NCBI GenBank assembly: GCA_965228855.1
Contig: CBDDIJ010000003.1
Coordinates: 2,528,001-2,592,000, forward strand
From: Candidatus Obscuribacterales bacterium
Lineage (GTDB): Bacteria; Cyanobacteriota; Vampirovibrionia; Obscuribacterales; Obscuribacteraceae
Direction: 5' to 3'
Length of the DNA: 64,000 bases
Positions within the stretch are counted from its first letter, which is position 1, and every line of letters begins with the position of its first letter. The notes under the pieces are model-generated. The model saw nothing but the letters and a program-made list of their open reading frames with translations, ran no database searches and was not told where the DNA came from. The position numbers were made by a program, and so were the translations under genes. Below are positions 10,601 through 22,600 of this stretch, piece by piece.

Positions 10601-13600
10601 CGAATCTCGCGCTGAACCCTTACGGCACCACAGGTCTGGTCGAGGGAACCGACGCCGAAGGACAAAATTACGTCAAAGAGATTACGTTCAACGGGCAGAG
10701 CACCACGGGTCCCGGAGCGGGAACATGGCGCCGAGACGGTGATTCGAGCTCCGAGAAATGGCAGCAAATTGACTCATCCGGTAAGCCCACCGGAAAAACC
10801 TTTGATGGCGAGATCACGATGAACAGTCGTCTCTCTGGTGATATGACCATCAAAGACAATAAGAAGCACACTGTAGATAGTGTCACCACCGCTACTGGTT
10901 TTGAACGTCACGAACAGTACGCTTCGAACAATAAGGACCTGGTTAGCTCCTACGAGAAAGCGCCCGACAAATCAACAATAACTCACGATGTGACGAGTGA
11001 CTCGAAGACTATCAAAGAGTACGGTCTCGATGAGCATGTGAAGCCACCCGTCGATAAAACTGTAGTGACGGACGCCAACGGAAATAAAATCACCTATTAC
11101 AGTGCAAAAGACGCCGAAGGTAAAGACTACACTGCTCGCGTCGATGCACCTTCCGGAACTTGGATTCGTGGCGGAGATAGCAGCTCTAACCAATGGAACA
11201 AGGCCACAGCAGAGACTAACGAGAAGGGCGACACGGTTTATAAGCAAACCGGAGAGACCTTCTACGGCAACGTAGAACGAGTTGGAAAGACTGCAATCTT
11301 CACCAACGACAGAGACAATCAGCGCACATACTATCAACCGGACGGCAGCTTCGAGAGACAGTTGCTGACAGAGAAGACAGAAGTCTTGTCGAACCTTGAC
11401 GTTCGCTCGACAAAGCAGCCTGAATACACCATACGTTCAGATGCCAGGGGCAATCGCAGTATTGTCGACAACAATACGGGCAAGACCTACAGCACCACCG
11501 ATGGTGCGGGAAATCCGTTGAAGGTGGACGACAAGGGCAACATGACCTTCACGGATGGTAGCGGAAGAACGATTACCATCGCTCAGGACGGTTCAAGAAA
11601 AGTTGTTGATGCGAACAAAAATGAATTAACCACCGATGCCGGCGGCCGAATGCTTCAACAAAAGGACGCAAACGGCAAAACAGTCGCCAACTACAACTAC
11701 GAACAGAAGGGAGACCAGGTCTATCTAAAATCATTCGAAAACGCCTCCGGCTATTGGGAGATGACTCAACTCGCGGATGGAAAACAAAAATGGGATTTGA
11801 TGAACGGCAAAGATGGCGCTACAGCCACCATGCAAGCCGATCGGATCTACATAAATCGCGACAACAGCATGGTCTTGGAAAACGGCGACCAGCGCACCGT
11901 TCGAAAACTCGACGGAACTGAAATCGTTGAGACCTCGGTAATGACTGGAGACATCACGACGACGACTGTAGTAGTTGGAAAACGTGATGGCGAGAATTTC
12001 ACACCTGCATACACACTAAAAACGACGACAGACAAGCACGACATTCAAACTCAAGAGCTCGAATCAGCAGGTGAACGAGCGGTACGAGGCAAAGATGGTA
12101 TCTGGACTTCGACAGATTTGAAAACTGGCGAAGTAACCAAGTTTGCTGGTCAAATTAGCATCGACGATTCCGGAACTCTTCGAAAGGTCACATTCGAAAC
12201 CGAGAGAAATGGTGATACGGTCACCGTGCTGAAAAACAAAGACGGCACGCCACGCATAAGTAACACCGTCGATGTCTACACCAACGGCTCCTCGTGGCAA
12301 TCCTACGAAAATGGAGCAATGGTAAGCCGTGACAGAGACGGTGACGTTCAATTCAGACAAACCGCTGCTGGTGAAGTCACTCGAATTGATTATTCGACCA
12401 CCTCTCCCAAGGAAGTAGTGGGATTCTCGCAAGGAAACACTTACTGGAAGTTCAATAAAGAAACCGGCAAGTATGTACCGACAGACATCAACAACCCGTC
12501 TAAAATTCTCGATCAACAAAATGACGCGCAAGTCACAATCACAATCAACAATCGCAACGGTGATATTGTCAGAACCAATATCCCTACAGGAGACGTCAAC
12601 ACCAGTAAGCTTGACGGAACCACGGAACTTCATCGCAAAGATAACACCATCGTTTATACGGATTCTCAGGGACGTCCGACCAAACAGATAGACGCCAACA
12701 AAAACGAGTTTGATCTTACTTACGGTCCCAAAGGAGACCTTTCGTCGATCAAAGCGAGAATATACACGGGAGTTGACGACAAGGGTCAGCCCACTTACAA
12801 AGATATGATGGTGCGCACCGAGGACTATACAGGTCCGGGTGCCGAGACCGCCATCGTAGGCAAAAATCTCAAGATCGAAGGATTCAACGATCGCTACCTG
12901 GCTTACGAAAACTCGAAGGGTCACAGGGTTGAAATATATCCGGATACCACTATGCGAGAGTTCGCCGGCAAGGATGTGACTTCGGGCGTAATTCGCGTAG
13001 ACCTGCCCAGCAAGGTCACGGTACTGGCAAAGGGTTACGATGAGAAGAGCACCGAGCAGCCATTCGAAGACCTGGCCAAACGAGGCCCCATAATCAGAGA
13101 TGCAGAAATCGTCGCGACGCCAAAAACGGACTTCGATCGTCTGAGGGCACTTGGCAGAGATTTACCGGCACCACCGGCGACACCACAAGAAATAAAGGCG
13201 TCGGAAAGAAGTATTATTTATAAGAACGCGGATGGCAATGTCGTCGAGCGTTGGGCAAATGGTGCGACCCAGGAATTTCAAAAGGTTCCAAAAACCCCTG
13301 GAAGTTCCGAAACTGTAACCCGAATCAAGTCATCGACCGACAGCACAGGCAGGTACATCGAATACTCGTATGATGATTCGAAAGTAGTCTCGACTGTTCC
13401 AAACAAAATAGAGATAACAGCGATGGTCCCTGGTGCGGACGGCAAAATGGTGCCGAGCACTTCAGTTCTTCAAAGAGACAAAGACGGTAACGCCACCTGG
13501 ACTGAAGCCGGTAAACAACCTGTTGCAATCAAAAACTTCAACGTCCTCGACAACAGGATAATGATTGCGCACACCTCAGACGATCCAAACAATCCAAAAT

Positions 13601-16600
13601 TCCTCGAGTTCATCGACACACGAAACGCAACCAGTCAAGTAATCGGAAAGGACCGCAGTCTTACCGATTTCGACGCTCAAGGCAGAATGACTCACAAGCG
13701 CGACGCTGCTGGCAACGAATTCAATTTCTTCTACAAGGGTGACGACAAGATACCGAGCACCCTCCAAAACATGGATGGTAGCTGGACTCGAACGGTAGAC
13801 AGCCAGAATCCAAATTCAAGCGAACAAACATGGGTGCATGCCGAGTCGGGAGCGGTCTGGAAGGGAACCGTTTCCACCGAAGGCGGTATCTACAAATTTG
13901 AGAATGCCGAAGGCAAACAAACAATACACCAGGCAGATGGAACCGATCGGTCGACTTACCGAGATGGCACGGTTGAGGTTTCCAAGGAAGGGAAAGTACT
14001 AAGTGTTACTGACACCACTGGCAATATCACAAAGTATGAGTACGGAGAGGATGGAAACGCTCCTTACCCAACGGACTTCAAGGTCTACAATGCCGATGGG
14101 AAAGTGGTGGCAAACAGCGATTCGTTCGTAAAGAGAAATTCGGACGGCTCGATTGATGCTGCAAACCAGATTAAGAAAATCGAGATTGACCCTGCGACCG
14201 GTCGCCCTGTAGTGACCTACAATTCCGACTCCGTAATGAAGCTCAGTGTTAACGGTGTTGGCATCGTCTCGGACAAGGAGTCTAAAATAACCGGTCTTTT
14301 CAGACCAGAAGATCACAAATTCATAGAGTCAGGCAAAGACGGCGTCAAAGAAATCACCGTCGATAAGAACGGGAAGATTGAGATCAAGAAGGGCGATGGC
14401 TCCTCAGAATACTTCAAGTCAGAAGGAACCCGCGTCGTAACCGATGCCGCAGGGAATTCAATCGAAGCTCATTCTATAGATGGAGTAACCGTTCTTAAAT
14501 ACGATTACGCATTAAACGAAAAAACTGGCAAGTCTGAACTCACCAGTTTGACGCGCATGACCAAAGACGAAAAAGGTGTTGATCAAATAACCAAGATCGT
14601 CAAGGACGGCGATAAGTTCGTCGAAAGAAGCGGAACTTCCGAAGCGAATCTCAAACCGACCGGCAACGTTTATGACTCGATGTCGAGCTACAGCGACAAC
14701 GTATATTTCTACAATAAAGCGCAGAAAACGCAAAGAACGATCGATGCGAACGGCACGGAATGGGAAGTTCGCCGATTTGGAGAAGGAAGCGACGAGCGCT
14801 TCACGCGGGTAGAGAGAGATACTCTCGGGCGAGTCACCACAGTTCAAGATCAGAATTACAACATCACCCACTTCGTAAGAAATGCCGATGGTGAGCTGAC
14901 CAGAATAATTCAGGGTGACGACGAACTCTTCAAAACCAAGGATAACACCTGGGTTTCCAGCGCCAACCCAGACCTGCAGATTCATTTGAAGGACGGTGCG
15001 GCAGGTCCAACAATCACGGCTAACGGTGATCAAATCTGGCAGGACAAAGATAACGTCACACGGACGGTAAAAGCAGATGGTTCGGTCGAAATCAGTAGAC
15101 CAGACGGATCGCAAACAATCATCAGCGCCGACGGTAGCCTGACCAGAACAATTTACTCTCCGACCGGCGGTGGAGAAGTCCAGGAGGTCAGAGCAGGCAA
15201 AGACGGCTCTGTTCAGGTCATCATGCGCAATGGTGATGTTCTGAGCCAATCCGCGTATTCCAAAATAATTACTTCCACTACTAGAACACCGGCAGAATTC
15301 GAAGGGTCACTAGAAGTTGGCAAAGATGGTCAGTTGACTTTCTTCACGCAAAGCGACAAGTCAACCAACGTGTACTTCTCTGATGGACGCGCGAAATATC
15401 TTCAACACGTGGTTACCGGAGACATCGGAGCTATCGTCTCCAAAGACCTGAAAGGTCAATCACCGGAAAATATCAAGGCAATTACCGACGCGATTAAAGC
15501 GCGTCCGGCTGATGCAGAGTCCGTTTTAAAAGAATACGGAATTGACAAAGACTCTGCACAGGGCCGCCAGCTCATGAAAGACCTGGAAGCGGCAATGATG
15601 TATACCGATAAGAATTCCGAAGCGGTGTACAGCAGTCTCAACGATCTCGGTGCAGTCGGTCCTTATAGAATCGACAACGAATTCAATATGAACGACGCGC
15701 GAGAAGTTAACACGATGAATCGTGGTTTGGACGCTCTTAATCGTTCTTACTACGCGCCGGAACAGCAGACACCAACAAACTCGCAGCAGCCAGGTCAAAT
15801 TCCGCAGACGCAAACAAATCCGAATGGGCCTCCTCCAGGTTCAGATTTGGCCGGTGGCTCACCTCCGATCAGCGACCACGGACAGGCTCAAAACGTCGTA
15901 GATGAAAACGCAAGACGCATCGAAGCAACGTTAAAAACTGCCACTAAAGCCGATGGCAAACCTCTTTCAAGTGAAGAACTCAAAGACGTCGCGTCGCAAC
16001 TTTCATCCAATCCGCAAAATGCGGAAGCACTGTTGAAGGAAAAAGGCTTCGATACTTCAACGGCGAAAGCTCTTTCGGATACTATAAAGAGCCAGCATGA
16101 CACCGCAAATGATACCGCCAGAGACGATATCATTAAGCAAGCACTAAAAGATGGCGGCGTTCCTGCGAATCGCATCGACGAAATTGCAGGCCAAATCAAG
16201 GCAGACCCGAACAACATCGAGAAAATTCTGGAACGTAACAGCGTGCCAGCAGATAGCGTTCCCAAAATCATGGACTCATATAAGTCCGACATGGCAGCGC
16301 TCGATAAAGCAGCTGGATCCATCATTGGAGATAACCTGAAACGCTCCGGTCTGCCCGCCGAAAAACAAGCAGAAGTAGCAGCCCAAATCCAAGCACATCC
16401 AGAAAATGCTCTGCAGATTCTCAGGGATGCAGGCGTTCCAGAGGCAAATGCAACTCGGATCGCCAACGAAATCAATAAAGACATGCGGACTTTCAATCAA
16501 ATCCGCGAGACCGCAGAGAGCCGACATATAGATGCGCAAACAGCCGCGTCTGTTGCACTTGAAACCTATAACAATCCTGAGAACGTAACCGCAGCTCTGG

Positions 16601-19600
16601 CACGAGCAGGGGTCGAAGCAAGTGTTGCAAGAGAAGTCGGTCAGCAAGCTAGCCGCGACGTAGTCAGCGACAACGTCATCGTCGCTCCGACACCAGTCAT
16701 CGTGGCTCCCGCGCAAAATGGACCGCCAACCGATGTGATACGAACGGGCTCTCACACAAATGTCAACGACATCCCCCCGAACACGACGGATGTCGCGAAC
16801 GACTTCAATAGAAGTCGAGCCCAAGTGGACGCGCTCAACGCGGCTGCAGAACAGCAAAGAGTTGCCAATTTCGAACAAAAACGCGAGGTTGGTTCAAAGG
16901 CTGACGAGCGAGCAGACAGAGTCGGCGACGAGATTGCGAAAGAAGCGATACGTGAAGAAGCACGGGCGAAAGAAAGACTTGAATCAGACAATAAGCACCG
17001 GGAAGAGCAAAGACAACAAGAACAGAGAGATGCCGAAAAGCGCGCAGAAGAGCAACAGCGTGTTCAGAAACAGCAAGAAGAGGAGAGAACCCGCAGAGAG
17101 GAAGAACAGCGCAAACAAGCGGAGGAGATCAAACAGCGCCAGGAACAAGAGCGCAGAGAGCTCGAAGAGCGCCAGAAGGACGAGCGTGAGCGTGCGGACA
17201 AAGCCCGCCTAGAATCATTAGAACGAGAGCAGCGAGTTGCCAAAGACAACCTTCTAAAACAACAAGAGCAGGCTCGACTGGAGCGCGATAGAAGTCTCGC
17301 CGAAAGCAATCGCCAGAAAGATCTAGCAGATCAACGCGCTACCGGCGGGAAGATCGAGACCGAGAAACCCGCTCCGGTGGTCGGAAAATTCGAAGGGCAG
17401 ACGCAAACCAATCCACGAAATACGACAGATTCCACGGCGCCGACAACACCACCTCGTCCCCCTGAAACACGCGGAGAAACTCGCCAGCCTGACGCACCGC
17501 GCACAACGACTCCCGGGTCCGACGTCCGCCAACCAGAGGCGCCCCGCACCACAACGGGTCCGGATGCGCGACAGCCAGACGCTCCCCGCACCACTCCTGG
17601 TTCCGAGACGCGCCAGCCAGATGCTCCACGCACCACACCTGGTTCCGAAACGCGTCCGCAGGAAGCTCCACGCACCACCACTGGTGCAGATGCTCGACCG
17701 CAAGAGACGTCCAAACTACCAGGTTCAGATACGCGTCCAGATGTTCGCCCATCGAGTACTCCTCTGGAGGCGGGCAGCGCTCGTCCCACTACAGTGCCTG
17801 GAGCAGACCTGGCGAAAGCGCAGACCGCGGGCTCCGCAAGTGCTCCTGACGGCGCGCTCAAGAGAGACGCGGCCGGTAACTTCACGAAAGTGGATGCGAA
17901 CGGCAGTGTAATTAAAGTTGATGCAAGCGGCAAACCTATCACGACTAAGGAAGCGCCTCTCGGTAAGACCGGTGAGCTCGGTCCCGACGGAAAACCAGTC
18001 GAGAGCGTCGACACCAAAGGCGATACCAGCAAAACCTCCGCTGACAAAGGTGATGGCGATCACAATTCACCGATCGTCGTCCCCGGCACAGTTACGCCAC
18101 CAGCGGGAGAAGTAGTGCAGAAGCCTGCAGGACCCGCTCCTGCAGTACCGGTCGAGGGTGGTGCATTAGACCGCTCAGGAACCGCACCGGCTGGCGATAT
18201 CGTGAAGGGACCAGGCAAAATGTCTGATACGGTGGCTGAAAACACCGTCGACAAAGTTACGCCGCAGCCTGGACCTGTTCAGCCTGGAAGTGTTTCAGGC
18301 ACAACAACAACCACGGCGAATCAATCGACTGGAGCTACTCCGCCTGGTGGCCAGGATCCGGCTCAGACAGTTCCAGCCGGGCAGGCACCTGGACACACTC
18401 CTCCAGCAGCTGGTTCCCAAACCACAGCTCCGGCAACCGACCCATTGAATAGGTCTACCGTTGATCCAAGCGGAAATGTCACCACGCTACCGGCTGGCAG
18501 CCAGCCACCCGCAGGTCAAACACAAACACAAACTCAAACAGGCAAAGAACCTTCCGCACCCGCCGGAACTCAGACTTCGCCTGTAGGCACAGCGCCCACC
18601 CAGCAGCAAGGGCAAGGTCAAAATCCAGGTCCGACCCAGGGTCAAGGTCAAACACCTGCCGCGCAAGACCCATCCACACAATCGCCAGGAACGGGGACAA
18701 CCCCGCAGCCGGCAGGTCAAGGTCAGGGCCAGACGCAGCCGCAGCAGCCATCGACGACGGCACCAGCAACAGATCCGTTAAATCGAAATTCCGCGCCTTC
18801 AGGTCCAGCGACGCAACCGACAGGTCAAACTCCCGCTGCTCAGACCCCGGCAGGACAGGCGCCCACTGGTCAAGAGCCAAGCCAGCAAACTTCCAGTCAG
18901 ACGTCTCCAGGGACGGGGCAGACCCAAACTGGACAGACGCAAACTGGTCAAACGCAGAGCGGTCAACCGACGAGTCAGACTCCAGCAGGTCAAACCCAAA
19001 CGCCTGCCGGTCAAGCACCAACCGGTCAGACTCCTGCTGGACAACAACCGACTGGATCTTCGACACCGGATCCGCTACCGAAAACCACCACCGACCCTGG
19101 TACCACTACTCAGGTTCCCGCCGGTCAAACTCAGTCCGGCCAGTCAAATACTGGTCAACCAACAACAGGTCAAACTACAACGGGTCAGCCGACATCCGGT
19201 CAACCAACCAGCCAAACTCCGACTGGTCAAACGAGCGGTCAAAATCAGACCGGACAGCAACAAACAACTCCAACGGGCTCATCAACTCCGGATCCGTTGC
19301 CAAAGACCAGCACCGATCCTGGTACCACGACTCAAGTTCCAGCCGGTCAAACACAGACCGGTCAGACAACTACCGGTCAGACGACCACCGGTCAAACGAC
19401 GACCAACCAACCGACAAGTGGTCAACCGACGACGGGTCAAACACCGACCGGTCAGCAGCCATCAGGTCAGACAGGTACATCAACTCCAGATCCATTGCCG
19501 AAAACAGGCACCGAACCTGGTACCACGACTCAGGTTCCCAGCGGTCAAACACAGACAGGTCAGTCGACTACTGGTCAAACCACGACAGGTCAGCCAACAA

Positions 19601-22600
19601 CCGGTCAACCAACTGGTCAAACGCCGACCGGTCAGCAAACATCCGGTCAGACAGGAACAGCAACTCCGGATCCGCTTCCGAAAACCGGCACCGAACCTGG
19701 TACCACCACTCAAGTGCCATCCGGTCAATCAACATCCAACAACGCTGGTCCGACCGGTCAAACCACAACTGGTCAAACTACAACTGGTCAGACCACGACA
19801 GGTCAGCCACCGGCGGGTCAGACTCCGAGCGGTCAGACCCCCACAGGTCAGACGACTACCGGTCAAGAACCAGCACAGCAGTTGCCGAAGCAGTCGGACC
19901 CAGGTTCGACTTCGACGACAACCGGTCATCTCCCGACTTCAGGACAGACAACTCCAGGACAGACGCAGAGTCCGACTTCCGGTCAGACTACGGGTCAGAC
20001 GGATCCTCAAAGTCAACAGTCGCCCACTGGTCTGCCGTCCCAGACAGTTCCGAGCGGTCACGCCGGTCAAACACAAAATCCGACGGGAACGACAAGTCAA
20101 CAAGGGACAGCCTCGACTCCGACATCGGATCCATCCACATCACTACCAAAAACTGTCGACCCCAACGCGCCTGCCAGCACCACTGGCAACACCACGACTT
20201 CAACCCATACGGGAACGACACAGAGCGGTACAGTTCCAACTGGCACGAATACGACCGGCACGACGACAACCGGAACAACTCAAACCGGTACGAACCCGAC
20301 TGGAACGAGTCAATCGGGCACCGCGCCAACACAAACACCTCAGACCGGAGCTCCGTCAGGCTCCACACAAGGTGGAACCGTTCAAAACGGAAACGTGACC
20401 ACCGATCCATCTAGCGGCATGCCGGCAGGCACAACAACGAGCCATGCGACCCAGACAACTTCCACGGGCAATGCACCCGCCGGACCGTCATCCGATCCAG
20501 GAAGTATTGGGAACGCCTCCAGTCACGGCAGTGCTGCTCCAACGCATTCGTCGACCAGTGGACAGGCCGTCAATGCAGCGGTTCAGGATATGGCATCACA
20601 AATCGCCACGACCGCGGTCGTCGTCGCCGTTATCAACAGCATGTCCAGCCACGGCTCTCAGCAGCCTCAAGTTCAACAGAAACCCACCGTAGACCCGGGT
20701 TCCACAACGGTCAGCTCCACCCCGCCACAGCTACCGTCGTCCGCTCCGTCATCGTATTCGCAGCCGGCCAATCACTCCGGTTCCACAACCTACACGCCAC
20801 CAGCTAGCAGCACCACCAGCAATACCGACCCTTCGTCGAATACATCCGGCGGCTCTACCACGATTTCAACGGGCTCATCGACAACGCATACTTCATCGAC
20901 GTCGACGCAAGCTCCAGCATCGCCGCAACCGGCATCGGAACCAACTTCCTCATCGTCGCAGCCACAGTCGACTAACCCAGAGCCAAAACAAGTTGCGCAA
21001 GCATCCGAGCCGACAGCGCAACCGTCCCCGCAACATCACTCGAATGCACCGCAGACGAACACAGCGACAACGCCACCTTCCACGCATGCGCCTTCCGTCT
21101 CCACCACGGTTCAGCCAGGGACGCTACAGCAACAACCACAATCGTCGAACCCCGCTCATAGCATCTCAAACACTTCGCAGAATCAAACAGCTGAGCCCGC
21201 CCACAGCACCGCGACGAGTCAATCAGCGCAGCCAGCACCGGCAAACTCCGGCAACATAGCTTCGACTACAACTACTCAAAATTCGACCTCTTCGGCGCCC
21301 GATCCGTCGCAGGCATCTTCCGTCGGCAACACTGATGACGAACAATCTCACAGTCACGCATCGGCGGCCACCCATGCTAACGCGACCCAACAAGGTCCAG
21401 CCGACCCTGGTCAAAACGCTCAACCGACTACGACGACGGTCGTCCACACTCAAACAGCGAACCGTTCTCAACATCAGGGGCAGCAGAACACAGCTCCTCA
21501 ACCGCGCCAAGCAGCTCAGCCTGCTTCACACAACACTTCAGGCGCGCATGGACAGCAAGGACAAACACCCGCCCAGCAAGCTCCGGCTCACACCGCCAGC
21601 GGTGGCACCACTTCCGGCAACAGTTCATCTTCCACTTCGGGCAACACAGACCCCACCGCCACAACTGCGGCGAACTCCCCATCGACTTCCGCAGCGCACA
21701 CCACTAGTGCGACCACAGGGGCGCATGCTAGCGCGTCGCCGACTGGAGCGCAGGCAAGCACAGCTCAGGGCACTCCGGCGGATCCAGCTGCGAAAACCAA
21801 CCTGAATAATACAGATCCAAACAATGATCCCAATGCTGTTGGAATCGTAAGTAACACACAAGCAGACCCAAGTTCTTCATCAAGCGACCCAACGGCAAAT
21901 AGTCAAGATCCAGCTCAAAGTCAGATATCCCAAGATCCATCGATGGCCCAAGATCCTTCGATGACTCAAGATCCTGCAGGTGTCCAAGATCCTTCAATTG
22001 TCCAGGACCCTTCAACGTCTCAGGATCCATCGACTACCCAAGAGCCTTCAACAACTCAAGCTCAAGATCCGAGTTCAGCTCAGCAACAACAGGAGCCGTC
22101 CGAGTCCCAGAAGCAGGCGCCGTCTTCATCGTCCGAGGAGTCCGATGTCACAGCTATTTCAGATCGCAGCGAGCAAATGGAAGCTCAGAAATACGCCAAC
22201 GACAGTCAAGAAACTCAACTGCAGCGCGAGCCTCAGGAGTCTATCGATAAGCAGCCTGTCGTCGATGACTGGTCCGTTGAACCGACCTACGACGCTGCCG
22301 CTGAGCGCGCGCGTATAGAGGCGCAAGTCGACTCCTATTTTGAATCGCAAAAGACTGTCGATCCTCCGTTCGTCGACATGTCCGGCGACAGGGTCATAGA
22401 AAAGCACATGCCGGATGGCACCACGCTGCTGACGTTTAACGACGGAGTCTCCGCCTGGGTTAAGGGCGATCAAGTCACGGTAATTGATTCAGAAGGAGAC
22501 ATATCAAGCTTCGTTGGTCGCATCGACACCGCCGATGGCAACGTCACCATATACGATGCCAACGACATTGTCATTCATTCAACAGAACCGATAGTCGAAT

